NCBI GenBank assembly: GCA_965223795.1
Contig: CBDCXL010000002.1
Location: forward strand, 1,600,001 to 1,664,000
Direction: 5' to 3'
DNA from: Nitrospinales bacterium
Lineage (GTDB): Bacteria > Nitrospinota > Nitrospinia > Nitrospinales > VA-1
DNA: 64,000 nucleotides
The notes below the pieces were generated by a model. It was not told where the DNA came from. It did no database searches and saw only the letters and a list, made by a program, of their open reading frames with translations. Positions 51,486-61,536 of this stretch are shown one piece after another. The position numbers and the translations under genes are program-made. Numbering within the stretch: the first letter of the stretch is position 1; the number at the start of each line of letters is the position of its first letter.

Positions 51486-51914
51486 ATGTCCCTCAAGCTC
51501 AACATGAAACTGAAATACAATAAAGAGCAGCGGCGAGAATATCTGTTCATGATCGACCGGATCGGTGTGAACTGGCTGGACGTGTTTCAGGGCGATCCGG
51601 AATTTTATTCTGCGGCTTACTGGGATTTGCTCACGGCCATCTGGAAGAACGACAAGCCGGTCCGCAAGACGGATGCCTTGAAATTCATGCAGGCGATCAA
51701 AAGCGCCCAGACCGCGGGCAAGTATCTGGAGACCGCCATCGAAAAGGGGTTTTTGATCGAGCAGGACAATCCCAAAGACGCGCGGTCCAAACTGGTTGTG
51801 CTTTCCGATAACATGCGGCATCGACTGGATGAGTTTTTCGATCTTTCCGTGATGGAGTTGCGAAAAGCCAATCGGGCGGTCGCCGATAAAGGGCCTTTGC
51901 CGGAAGAGCCCTGA
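51486..51914 (+). CDS. MarR-like winged-helix regulator
   Basis: TAGKYLETAIEKGFL...DARSKLVVLS wing motif. Confidence 0.75.
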   Translation: MSLKLNMKLKYNKEQRREYLFMIDRIGVNWLDVFQGDPEFYSAAYWDLLTAIWKNDKPVRKTDALKFMQAIKSAQTAGKYLETAIEKGFLIEQDNPKDARSKLVVLSDNMRHRLDEFFDLSVMELRKANRAVADKGPLPEEP

Positions 51915-51995
51915 CGCACACTCAACTTTCCCGTTTCAATCCTACTTCCGATTTGAGTTGATCGCATCCTGCCTGTCGCGCGATCCCACGGACGG

Positions 51996-53087
51996 TCAAT
52001 TTCCCGGATTCTGCTTACCATCCTTAAGAAACAGCGAGCCGGTCGGCGTTTTGAAAAAATCGTTGAGCGGGATGGCTTCCTGTTTCACAAAACCCTTTTC
52101 GGGAAGCTTGCCGTTCGCGGCCATGTTGATGATGGAACAGAGAGACGCCGCGGTGGTCCAGGAAATCGCCTTCCAGGAGACGCCTTCGATTTTGATGGGG
52201 TAGTAACTGCGGACGAATTCATCCCGGCTCAGATTGTTTTCTTTCCAGCCTTCTACGGCTGCGTGCACATAGACGACGTCGTCGTTCACCGGGGGTTTGG
52301 CGTTCACCAGGATTTTCCCCGCCTGATCCCGGTTTTCACGCATGTGCAGCTCGTCGAAAAAAAAACGCATCAGTTTGCAGTGTCCGGGGTAGCGGATGGT
52401 TTTGTAATTGAGATGCGTGACCTTGTTCTCAAATGTTTCGCACATGGTGCCCAGGCCGCCTGAGGTGGTGAACGCCTCCAGCTGCATCCCTTCGATCACG
52501 ATGGTTTCGAGACTTTCCATGGAGGGGACATTGGCTTTTTTGCCGTCGCGGATCACTTCGCAGTCGTTGAGGTATTCATTCACCACGCCTTCCGGTGACC
52601 AGTTGAAAGCGTACCCAAGCAGTCCACGGGGATGCTGCGGCAACGCCCCGACTCTGAGTTCGATGCTCCTCAGCTTGTCGAACTGCTTTGTCAGGTGGGC
52701 GCCGGCCAGGGCGATGAAACCGGGAGCCAGCCCGCATTGCGGGGCCATGATACCGCGCGACGTTTGCGACAGTTTTTTGATTTCTTCGGTGGTGGGCACA
52801 TCTTCCGTGAGGTCGAAGTAGTGGCAGCCGGCCGCATGCGCGAGTTTGGCCACGGAAATGTTGAGCCAGTAGGGGAGGCAGCTGGCCACGGCATCGTGCT
52901 CATTGAGTTTTTTTGAAAGAAAGCCTTCATCCGACACATCCCCCTGAATGGCGGTGAAGGCCAGTCCGCCGCCAAAGCTCTTGTCCATGCCGGTCACCTG
53001 AAACCCGTTCTGGTGGAGCAGCGTCGCGACCAGAGTTCCCACCTTCCCCAACCCGATCACCAGAACGGAATTGATTTTTTTCTGCAT
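51996..53087 (-). CDS. Saccharopine dehydrogenase / lysine 6-dehydrogenase family oxidoreductase
   Basis: GLGKVG Rossmann, YFDLTED, QCGLAPG, WSPEGVVNEY, YKTIRYPGH. Confidence 0.9.
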   Translation of the reverse strand: MQKKINSVLVIGLGKVGTLVATLLHQNGFQVTGMDKSFGGGLAFTAIQGDVSDEGFLSKKLNEHDAVASCLPYWLNISVAKLAHAAGCHYFDLTEDVPTTEEIKKLSQTSRGIMAPQCGLAPGFIALAGAHLTKQFDKLRSIELRVGALPQHPRGLLGYAFNWSPEGVVNEYLNDCEVIRDGKKANVPSMESLETIVIEGMQLEAFTTSGGLGTMCETFENKVTHLNYKTIRYPGHCKLMRFFFDELHMRENRDQAGKILVNAKPPVNDDVVYVHAAVEGWKENNLSRDEFVRSYYPIKIEGVSWKAISWTTAASLCSIINMAANGKLPEKGFVKQEAIPLNDFFKTPTGSLFLKDGKQNPGN

Positions 53088-53240
53088 TCTCTCCTCCTCG
53101 CTAGCGGTTTCTGCCTCATTCTACAATGAAAGCAGCATCGGAACCCGGCTGGATTCGCAGGCCGCATGTTTTTGCTTTGCGTCCGGATTGTTGTGGAGTA
53201 AGCTCGAACTATGTAAAAGATTTACGAAGTCTTTCCTCAT

Positions 53241-53268
53241 AAAAACGTGTCCCGTCAACCGGGACACG
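53241..53268 (-). terminator. Probable intrinsic terminator with no obvious upstream gene
   Basis: CGTGTCCCG-5 nt-CGGGACACG followed by TTTTT on minus strand. Confidence 0.55.
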
Positions 53269-53773
53269 GTGGGTCGGTCTGTTCTCAATCTGCATGGCGT
53301 CGAACGGTCATTGATTGTGTTCGATGAGGCAACATTTTCTCATTTTGTTTTGTGGGCATTGGCCTTGCCAGTACGGACCATCCAAAATGATGAGCAGGCC
53401 CGTTTCCGCACCTCACCCTGATCCGCCTTTCTGATTTTGCTGGAGTTTGTCCTCCACGCGCTGCATTTTCACGATTTCATCAAACCGCAGCAATCTCAGC
53501 GTGCTTTACGGTGTTTTTCATTATTTCCTTTGTTTTCATTCGGCTGCGGGATGGATTGACCGGCCGATATCCATTTGCCGAAACAATGGGGCGCAGAAAA
53601 AGATTGCGTTCGGACAAGTTAACTTGTTGAAGGCAATTGCTTTAATTCCTGATTTCGTGGGGATGATATCGGAAGCCCGAACAGGCGTTATTTTTATTTG
53701 TGGGAGAAAGGTTCGCGATTGACATCGGCTTTAAAATATTAATAATTAATCTCTCCCCTAAATGAAATTTCCT

Positions 53774-53791
53774 TTGTGATCTAGATCACAA
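53774..53791. promoter_or_regulatory. CRP consensus site
   Basis: TTGTGATCTAGATCACAA perfect palindrome; extra half site TTGTGATCTA at 53796-53805. Confidence 0.8.
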
Positions 53792-53905
53792 GTTGTTGTG
53801 ATCTATTTCCTATTCGATTCTCAGATAGAATTTTAAGTTAATAAAAAATCATTTCGATTTTGACTTCTTGGGCCAAAATTAACAGTTAATTTTGGTGGGA
53901 GTGGT

Positions 53906-53914
53906 TTATCCACA
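53906..53914 (+). promoter_or_regulatory. Consensus DnaA box
   Basis: TTATCCACA 27 bp before the ATG at 53942. Confidence 0.45.
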
Positions 53915-53941
53915 ATCAGTTAATCATGGAGAAGGTTAGTT

Positions 53942-56422
53942 ATGTCTCGCGCAAAAATGTCCAGTAAAACAGGGGCACGCCCGGAAGTAAGAGGCAAGTT
54001 TATTTTCCTGGGGGATCAAAAGCTTTGGATCCGGGGTGTTACCTATGGAACCTTCAGGCCCGGGGAGGACGGGACACAGTTTCCAAATCCTGAAACAGCA
54101 GAACGGGATTTCGCGGAAATGTCCGCAAACGGGATCAATGCGATCCGCGTTTACACGCATCCGCCGCAATGGCTTCTGGATCTGGCCTGGCGTTACTCTC
54201 TACGAGTGATGGTGGGCGTCTGGTGGCCGCAGAACGTTGCTTTTTTGGATGATAAGAAAAAGACGAAGCAGATCATCCAGGAGTGGCGCGAAGCGGTGCG
54301 TAAGTGCAATCAACATCCTGCAATACTCTGCTACTGCATCGGCAACGAAATATCCGCTTCGATCGTGCGCTGGTACGGACGCCATCGCATCGAAGCGTTC
54401 ATCGAACAGATGTACCTTGCCGGTAAAGCGGAAGATCCGAAAGGATTGTTCACGTACGTCAACTTCCCTTCCACCGAATACCTGCAACTGCCTTTTCTCG
54501 ACCTGGTCTGCTTCAATGTTTATCTGGAGACTCCTGAAAAATATAAAAGCTACCTGGCCCGGCTGCAGAACATTGCCGACGAGCGCCCGCTTGTGATCGC
54601 GGAATTGGGACTCGACAGCCGAACCAACGGCGAAGAGGTGCAGGCGCAAAGTCTCGACTGGCAGGTGCGCGCGACCTACGCTTCCGGCTGCGCCGGAGCG
54701 TTCGTGTTTGCCTGGACCGATGAATGGCACTGCGGCGGGGCGGACATCGAGGATTGGGATTTCGGCCTCATAACCCGTGATAGACAACCGAAGCCGGCCC
54801 TGGCAACCGTGCGGCGGGCGTTCGATGAAGTCAGCTTTCAGCCCAATCTGCCCTGGCCGCGTATTTCCGTGGTGGTGTGCAGTCTCAACGGCGCGCGAAC
54901 CATTCGCGACACGATGGAAGGCCTCAAAAATCTGGAATATCCAGATTATGAAGTCATTGTGGTGAACGACGGATCGACCGACGCCACCCCGGACATCGCC
55001 AGCGAATATGATGTGCGGCTGATCAGCACGGAAAACCGCGGTTTGAGCAACGCGCGCAACACCGGCCTGGAAATGGCGACCGGTGAGATCGTCGCCTACA
55101 TCGACGACGACGCGTATCCCGACCCGCACTGGTTGAAGTATCTGGCGACGACGTTCATGACGACGTCCTACGTCGGCGTCGGCGGACCGAACATCGCGCC
55201 GCCGGGAGACGGGGTGATCGCCGATTGCGTGGCCAACGCACCCGGCGGACCCACGCACGTTCTTTTATCGGATCAGGAAGCGGAACACATTCCCGGCTGC
55301 AACAAGGCGTTTCGCAAGGAAGCCTTGGAGGCGATCGGCGGGTTCGATCCGCGATACCGCGCTGCGGGCGACGATGTGGACATCTGCTGGCGGCTGCAGG
55401 ACAAGGGATGGAAGATCGGCTTCAACGCCGCGGCGGTGGTCTGGCACCATTGCCGCAATTCGGTTAAAACCTACTGGAAGCAGCAGCAGGGCTACGGCAA
55501 AGCCGAGGCGTTGCTGGAAGAGAAATGGCCGGAAAAATACAGCGCCGCGGGCCACCTTTCCTGGTCGGGGCGCATCTACGGCAAGGGGCTCACGCAGCCG
55601 GTGAGCGGCGGCAACTGGAGGGTGTATCAGGGGACCTGGGGGTCGGCGTTGTTTCAGTCGCTGTATCAAACCGCGCCGGGAACGATTCTCTCTTTGCCTT
55701 TGATGCCGGAATGGTATCTCATGGTCGTCCTGTTTTCCGTACTTTCTTTCATCGGCATCTGGTGGCCGCCGCTGCTGTTCGCCCTGCCCCTGGCGGTCGT
55801 GTCCTTCATCATTCCGGTGATCCAGGCCGTACGCAGTGCAAGGCGCGCTTCTTTTCCGACGCCGTCGTCGTCACGCTGGGAACAGTTTAAAAAATACAGC
55901 GTGACCGCGGCCCTGCATCTCATTCAGCCCATGGCCCGCCTCATCGGCCGGCTGCGTTTCGGGTTGACGCCTTGGCGCATCCGCGGGGTGTCCGGATTCC
56001 TCGTGCCCTGGCGGCGTGTGCATTCGATCTGGAGCGAGACCTGGAACGCGCCGCAGACGCTGCTCACTTCTGTCGAGAGTTCGCTACGCAAGCAGAACGC
56101 GCCGGTGTTCCGCGGCGGCAATTTCAATCCCTGGGACCTGGAAATCCGCGGCGGGCTCTGCGGTTCGGTGCGCATGCTCATGGCGATCGAGGAACACGGC
56201 TGGGGCAAGCAGATGATCCGTTTCCGCTCCTGGCCCAAATGCTCGAAACTGGCTCTGGGACTTTCGATCCTGTTCGGACTGCTCACCGTGTGGGCCGGGC
56301 TGGACGGCGCCTGGGGCGCCTGCATTCTGCTCGGCTTGATCACGCTGGGCATCGTGCTGCGCATGTTCCGTGAATGCGCGCATGCCGCGGCGACGCTCCT
56401 TTACACCTTGAAGCAGAGCTGA
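53942..56422 (+). CDS. Glycoside hydrolase-like TIM barrel fused to GT2 glycosyltransferase, with C-terminal TM helices
   Basis: GVTYG, IGNE, AELG (GH-A-like); VVNDGSTD, YIDDD, GDDVD (GT2). Confidence 0.88.
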   Translation: MSRAKMSSKTGARPEVRGKFIFLGDQKLWIRGVTYGTFRPGEDGTQFPNPETAERDFAEMSANGINAIRVYTHPPQWLLDLAWRYSLRVMVGVWWPQNVAFLDDKKKTKQIIQEWREAVRKCNQHPAILCYCIGNEISASIVRWYGRHRIEAFIEQMYLAGKAEDPKGLFTYVNFPSTEYLQLPFLDLVCFNVYLETPEKYKSYLARLQNIADERPLVIAELGLDSRTNGEEVQAQSLDWQVRATYASGCAGAFVFAWTDEWHCGGADIEDWDFGLITRDRQPKPALATVRRAFDEVSFQPNLPWPRISVVVCSLNGARTIRDTMEGLKNLEYPDYEVIVVNDGSTDATPDIASEYDVRLISTENRGLSNARNTGLEMATGEIVAYIDDDAYPDPHWLKYLATTFMTTSYVGVGGPNIAPPGDGVIADCVANAPGGPTHVLLSDQEAEHIPGCNKAFRKEALEAIGGFDPRYRAAGDDVDICWRLQDKGWKIGFNAAAVVWHHCRNSVKTYWKQQQGYGKAEALLEEKWPEKYSAAGHLSWSGRIYGKGLTQPVSGGNWRVYQGTWGSALFQSLYQTAPGTILSLPLMPEWYLMVVLFSVLSFIGIWWPPLLFALPLAVVSFIIPVIQAVRSARRASFPTPSSSRWEQFKKYSVTAALHLIQPMARLIGRLRFGLTPWRIRGVSGFLVPWRRVHSIWSETWNAPQTLLTSVESSLRKQNAPVFRGGNFNPWDLEIRGGLCGSVRMLMAIEEHGWGKQMIRFRSWPKCSKLALGLSILFGLLTVWAGLDGAWGACILLGLITLGIVLRMFRECAHAAATLLYTLKQS

Positions 56423-56432
56423 CGGCGCGGAC

Positions 56433-58205
56433 ATGCTCGTGAAAAAATATTCCGACATTCTGGTGTTTCGCCGTATTTTCGCGCAGGCGCGGCCTTACTG
56501 GCCGCAGCTTGCGGCGATCTTTTTTCTAGGACTGCTGTCGGCTCCATTGGCGCTGCTTCTGCCGGTGCCGCTCAAGATCGCGGTCGACAGTGTGCTCGGC
56601 ACGGCGCCCATGCCGGAGGTTCTCGGTTTTTTCATTCCCGACGGAATCGAAAATTCCACTGCCGCGCTGCTCGTTCTGGTCGTGGTTCTGCAGATCCTGG
56701 TGGTGCTCGTCTACCATTTGCATTCGCTGGGCAGTTACGTTTTCCAGACTTATATTGGCGAACGCATGACGCTCAATTTCCGCGAGAGTCTGTTCCGTCA
56801 TCTGCAGCGGCTCTCGTTTTTGTTCCACGATTCCAGAGGAACCGCGGATTCCATCTACCGTATCCAGTACGACGCGCCTTCCATTCAGTACCTGACCATC
56901 TTCGGCCTGATCCCCTTCGTGTCGGCGGTGGCGATGCTGGTGGCGATGATCTACGTGACGGCGATGATTAGCCTGCAACTGGCGCTCATCGCTCTTGGCG
57001 TCTGCCCGTTTCTGTTTGTGATGTGCCATTTGTACAACCTGCGGATGCGCGACCGGTACAGCGACTTTAAAAATATGGAAAGCCGCGTTCTCAACATCGT
57101 GCAGGAAGTGATGAGCGCGGTGCGGGTGGTGAAGGCGTTCGGCCGGGAAAAATGCGAAGAGAAACGGTTCGTCCAGCAGTCGCAGAAAACCCTGAACGCG
57201 CGGGTGAAGCTGTCGTTCGCCGAAGGCATGCTGGGGCTCATCGTCAACCTTGTGATCGGCGGCGGCACCGCGGCGGTGCTGTTCATCGGCGTGCGCAGCG
57301 TGCAGTCGGGAGCGTTGACACTGGGGGAGCTGCTTTTGGTGATGGCCTACATCACGCAGCTTTACGGACCCTTAGAGACCATCAGCAACAACGTGGCGAA
57401 GCTGCAGGACTCGCTGGCGAGCGCGCGACGCGCCTTCGACCTGATGGATGAAATTCCGGATGTGACCGAGCGGCCGCAGGCCTTGCCGCTCAAGCGCGCC
57501 CGGGGCGAAGTGGAACTGCACGACGTTTCCTTTCATTACAACGGCGGACCCAAAGTTTTGGACACCGTGTCGTTTAAGGTTCCGGCCGGAACAAGGGTGG
57601 GAATCGTCGGGCCGACGGGGGTCGGCAAGACCACGCTGGTGAGCCTTTTGACGCGTTTTTACGATCCGGTCAGCGGTCAGATTCTGCTCGATGGGGAAGA
57701 CCTGCGCAACTTCAAGATCGCGGATCTGCGCAATCAGTTTTCCATCGTGCTGCAGGAGCCGGTGCTGTTTTCCACGACGATCGAGGAGAACATCGCCTAC
57801 GGACGGCCGCAGGCGAGCAAAAGCGAGATCATCGCCGCTGCGGAAGCGGCCAACGCGCACGCATTCATCACAAAGCTCGACGAAGGTTACCAGACTCTGG
57901 TGGGCGAGCGGGGCATGCGCCTCTCGGGCGGGGAAAGGCAACGGATCGCTCTGGCGCGGGCGTTTCTCAAAGACGCGCCGCTGCTCATTCTCGATGAGCC
58001 GACCAGCTCGGTCGACAACCGGACGGAAGCGGGCATCATGCAGGCGGTCGAACACCTGATGCAAGACCGCACCACGTTCATGATCGCGCACCGCCTGAGC
58101 ACGCTCGATAGCTGCGACCTGCTGATCGAAATCCGTCCCGGCGGAACCTTAAAACTGCATTCAGAGGTTTCCGTTCCGCTGGATGAGGGAGATCCTGTGG
58201 CCTGA
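56433..58205 (+). CDS. ABC exporter (TMD + NBD fused)
   Basis: GPTGVGKT, LSGGERQR, ILDEPTS. Confidence 0.95.
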   Translation: MLVKKYSDILVFRRIFAQARPYWPQLAAIFFLGLLSAPLALLLPVPLKIAVDSVLGTAPMPEVLGFFIPDGIENSTAALLVLVVVLQILVVLVYHLHSLGSYVFQTYIGERMTLNFRESLFRHLQRLSFLFHDSRGTADSIYRIQYDAPSIQYLTIFGLIPFVSAVAMLVAMIYVTAMISLQLALIALGVCPFLFVMCHLYNLRMRDRYSDFKNMESRVLNIVQEVMSAVRVVKAFGREKCEEKRFVQQSQKTLNARVKLSFAEGMLGLIVNLVIGGGTAAVLFIGVRSVQSGALTLGELLLVMAYITQLYGPLETISNNVAKLQDSLASARRAFDLMDEIPDVTERPQALPLKRARGEVELHDVSFHYNGGPKVLDTVSFKVPAGTRVGIVGPTGVGKTTLVSLLTRFYDPVSGQILLDGEDLRNFKIADLRNQFSIVLQEPVLFSTTIEENIAYGRPQASKSEIIAAAEAANAHAFITKLDEGYQTLVGERGMRLSGGERQRIALARAFLKDAPLLILDEPTSSVDNRTEAGIMQAVEHLMQDRTTFMIAHRLSTLDSCDLLIEIRPGGTLKLHSEVSVPLDEGDPVA

Positions 58206-58242
58206 TGGAAACTTCACGACAGGGGTATTTCAGGTACGACTC

Positions 58243-59451
58243 ATGAAACGCAACGAAACCTATCCCAAAGCGGACCGGGGAAAAATCATCGTCTGGGGTT
58301 TTCTCGCGTCCTACCCGTTCGGCGGGATGACCTGGCAGGTGCTGCATCACCTGGTGGGATTCCGGCGTCTCGGGTTCGATGTGTGGTACGTGGAGGATTC
58401 CAACAATCTGATCTTCGATCCGGACACCTGGAACCCCGTCGAGGATCCGCTGATCAACCTGAAATACCTCAAAGAAAAAATGGCGGAAATCGGATTCGAG
58501 GACCGCTGGGCGTTTCGTCCGCCCAAATACAACTCCGACGTTCCCGAAGAGACCTGTTACGGCGCCCTCGACCTTGAAGAATTGAAAAATCTGTATAAGG
58601 AGGTCGATGCGGTCTTCAACCTGTGCGGGTCGCATCATCTGCGGCCGGATCAGGAAGGCATTCGATGCCTCGCGTATCTGCAGACGGACCCGGTGGTGCC
58701 GCAGATCCAGGTCGCGGAAGGAAACCGGGAGATCATACGCGAGTTCGACGCTTACGACTATCTGTTCACCTACGGCGAAAATCTGGGCAATCCGGATTGC
58801 CTCGTGCCGGTGGACAAGCACGAGTGGCTGCCCACGCGGCCTCCGGTCTGCCTGGACTGGTGGGACTGCAACGGATCGCCCAAGCCTCAGCAAAAACTCA
58901 CCACCATTTCGAACTGGCGCAATCTTGGCAAAGACGTGGTGTGGAAGGGGGAAACGTATTTCTGGAGGAAGGATCTCGAGTTCAAGCGGTTCGCCGATCT
59001 GCCGGTGAAATCCGCTCTGAAAATCGAGCTGGCGCTGGAAGGCATCAAGGACAAGGAAGCCGAATGGATGCGGCAGAAGGGGTGGGACATTGTTTCCGCG
59101 CGCGGCATGCGCGAGCCCGCCGATTACCGCGACTACATTCGCACCTCTTCGGGGGAGTTCACGGTCGCGAAAGACCAGAACATCCGGCTGCGCAGCGGCT
59201 GGTTCAGCGACCGCAGCGTCTGCTACCTGGCTGCGGGCAGGCCGGTCATTTCGCAGGACACGGCGTTTAATAAATTCATCCCGACCGGAGAAGGGCTGTT
59301 TTCCTTTTCTAAAATGGACGACATCGTGGACGCCGTGCAAGCGATCCAGTCCGATTACGCCAGGCAAAGCCGGGCCGCCAAAGAGATCGCGCATGAGTAT
59401 TTCAGCACTGACAAGGTTCTGGGAAAGGTGCTGGATGTGATGGGGTTGTAG
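58243..59451 (+). CDS. Putative GT-B glycosyltransferase
   Basis: GGMTW...GFRRLGFDVWYVED; SGWFSDRSVCYLAAGRPVISQDT. Confidence 0.75.
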   Translation: MKRNETYPKADRGKIIVWGFLASYPFGGMTWQVLHHLVGFRRLGFDVWYVEDSNNLIFDPDTWNPVEDPLINLKYLKEKMAEIGFEDRWAFRPPKYNSDVPEETCYGALDLEELKNLYKEVDAVFNLCGSHHLRPDQEGIRCLAYLQTDPVVPQIQVAEGNREIIREFDAYDYLFTYGENLGNPDCLVPVDKHEWLPTRPPVCLDWWDCNGSPKPQQKLTTISNWRNLGKDVVWKGETYFWRKDLEFKRFADLPVKSALKIELALEGIKDKEAEWMRQKGWDIVSARGMREPADYRDYIRTSSGEFTVAKDQNIRLRSGWFSDRSVCYLAAGRPVISQDTAFNKFIPTGEGLFSFSKMDDIVDAVQAIQSDYARQSRAAKEIAHEYFSTDKVLGKVLDVMGL

Positions 59452-59457
59452 CAGGGA

Positions 59458-60168
59458 ATGACGCAAAAACGACGGGTGATCGTGAACGCCGATGATTTCG
59501 GCCTGAGCCCTTCGGTGAATCGAGGGATCATCGAATCCTACGAGCGGGGCATCGTGAGCAGCGCCAGCCTCATGGTGCGCTGGCCGGCGGCAATGGAGGC
59601 GGCGGCCTACGCCAGAAGACATGCGGATCTCTGCCTGGGAATCCATGTGGATCTGCAGGAGGCGGTGTATCGCAATGGCAGGTGGTCCGTGCTGTACAGA
59701 GTGGTTCCCTGGCGAGACCGGCAGGCGGTGCGAAAAGAAGTGGCCCGGCAGATCGAGCTGTTTCGCCGGTTTGTGGGCCGGGACCCCTCACACATCGATT
59801 CGCACCAGCACATCCACCTGCTCGAACCGGTTCGGTCCATCCTCATTGAAACGGCGAACACTCTTGGAGTTCCCATCCGGCACTTCAGTGCAAAAATCCG
59901 GTACTGCGGGAAATTTTACGGAAAGTCCAGCCAGGGTGGACGCGTCGCGCATGGCATTCGCAGGAACAATTTGCTCAGAATCCTCAGTTCCCTGCCGCCC
60001 GGATTGACGGAACTCGCCTGCCACCCCGGCAAGGGAGCGGGACTGCGTAAATTGAAAACGGTGTATCGATTCGAACGCGAACAGGAACTCAAGGTGTTGT
60101 GCGACTCCCGCGTGGCTTCCGCGCTGAAGCAAATGGGAATCGAGATCACATCGTTCCGTTCTGTTTAG
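59458..60168 (+). CDS. ChbG/HpnK (YdjC) family deacetylase
   Basis: VIVNADDFG, GIH, HIDSHQH, ELACHPG. Confidence 0.92.
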   Translation: MTQKRRVIVNADDFGLSPSVNRGIIESYERGIVSSASLMVRWPAAMEAAAYARRHADLCLGIHVDLQEAVYRNGRWSVLYRVVPWRDRQAVRKEVARQIELFRRFVGRDPSHIDSHQHIHLLEPVRSILIETANTLGVPIRHFSAKIRYCGKFYGKSSQGGRVAHGIRRNNLLRILSSLPPGLTELACHPGKGAGLRKLKTVYRFEREQELKVLCDSRVASALKQMGIEITSFRSV

Positions 60169-60297
60169 ATTCTGACTGAGAATTCTTTCCCGCAGCCGAA
60201 ACACCAAAGCTTGCCTGCATTAAATTCAAAATGATCTTCAATTCAGCGTGAAGTCTGCATGAATGGATTGAGACTCGCTCGCTGACAAGGAGGCCGT

Positions 60298-61536
60298 TTG
60301 ACCGACAGGACGCCCCCAGCCGGATACATGCCGCAACTGGATGCCTTGCGTGCCTTTGCGGTGTTTGCGGTTCTCATTCATCATTTCTGTCCTTCCGTAT
60401 TTTCAGAAAAATATCAACTCGGTCATTCCGGTGTGCAGCTGTTTTTTGTGCTCAGCGGATTTCTCATCACCAGTCTCCTGCTTAAGGACCGGGGAAATTC
60501 ACTTCCCTATTTGAAAGATCGAAGCGGCGCTTTACGGAGATTCTACCGCCGGCGCTTTTTGAGGATCTTTCCCGTTTACTATTGCGCTCTGTTCGTTGCC
60601 TACCTGGCGGGTAACAGCGAAGTCCGGCAGGATTTCTTCTGGCATGCGATGTATGGCTCCAACTTTCTGATCGCGCTGCGGGGCGACTGGGGTGTATCCA
60701 CGAGTCATTTCTGGACCCTGGCGGTGGAGCAGCAGTTTTATCTTTTCTGGCCGTTGTGCATCCTGTTCGTCCGGCGTGCCTATTTGCCTCTGTTGATTGC
60801 TCTGATGATCGTGAGCGGGCCGTTGTTTCGCCTGCTTGGAATGGAGTGGTGGGCGTTCGAGCCTATCACCCTGTTCACGCTGCCCGTTTCCTCGTGGGAC
60901 AGCCTGGGGATGGGGGCGCTTCTGGCCTGGACACAGAACCGGCCCGGCTTGCGGGACGCCGTGATGAAACTGGGATTTTTAATGTTTGCCGTGTCCGCGG
61001 TCTGGACGGCACTGGCATTGAAGGCATCTTATCTTAATGTGGACATCGTGTGGATGGAGACGGTGCGGGCCGCAGGGTTTTTATGGCTGGTGGGACGGGC
61101 GGCTCAGGGCATCGAGGGCGTGGCGGGACGTATGCTCGCGGTGAAACCTCTGGTCTATTTCGGAAAGATCAGTTACGGCGTTTACGTGTATCACCTGTTC
61201 ACACCGTTGATCCTGCAAACGGTTTTTGCCTCCCAGGGATGGCTGTATCCGGAAAACCCGGTCCTGAAATTCGTTTTGTGTTTTATCGTGACGCTGGTTC
61301 TTGCGGCGGCTTCCTGGCATGGCATGGAAAAACCAATCCTGTCGTTAAAATCAAAACCCTTCCATTTTCCCAGATTGCCGGCGCTGAGTCCCACACGCCC
61401 AAGTGCTCCGGTCCTGCAAACGGGTCCGGTGTTTTCACTGAGTTCGGTTTCTCACAAATTCAAACTGCACACAAGTGCAGCCTGTGACTTTTACCAATGG
61501 TATGAGAAATTGAACGAGCCGAAGTTGTCTTCCTGA
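60298..61536 (+). CDS. Acyltransferase family 3 (O-acetyltransferase)
   Basis: LDALRAFA, FFVLSGFLI, RRFLRIFP, HFWTLAVEQQFY, GKISYGVYVYH. Confidence 0.92.
   Translation: MTDRTPPAGYMPQLDALRAFAVFAVLIHHFCPSVFSEKYQLGHSGVQLFFVLSGFLITSLLLKDRGNSLPYLKDRSGALRRFYRRRFLRIFPVYYCALFVAYLAGNSEVRQDFFWHAMYGSNFLIALRGDWGVSTSHFWTLAVEQQFYLFWPLCILFVRRAYLPLLIALMIVSGPLFRLLGMEWWAFEPITLFTLPVSSWDSLGMGALLAWTQNRPGLRDAVMKLGFLMFAVSAVWTALALKASYLNVDIVWMETVRAAGFLWLVGRAAQGIEGVAGRMLAVKPLVYFGKISYGVYVYHLFTPLILQTVFASQGWLYPENPVLKFVLCFIVTLVLAAASWHGMEKPILSLKSKPFHFPRLPALSPTRPSAPVLQTGPVFSLSSVSHKFKLHTSAACDFYQWYEKLNEPKLSS

Noticed and set aside
53088..53240. Lysine riboswitch upstream of the saccharopine dehydrogenase-like gene
   Set aside because: Could not identify the conserved L-box elements by eye; needs an Rfam search
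61491..61536. 46-bp convergent overlap of the acyltransferase and lpxR-like genes
   Set aside because: Best explained by a non-conserved C-terminal run-on of the acyltransferase; such overlaps are common
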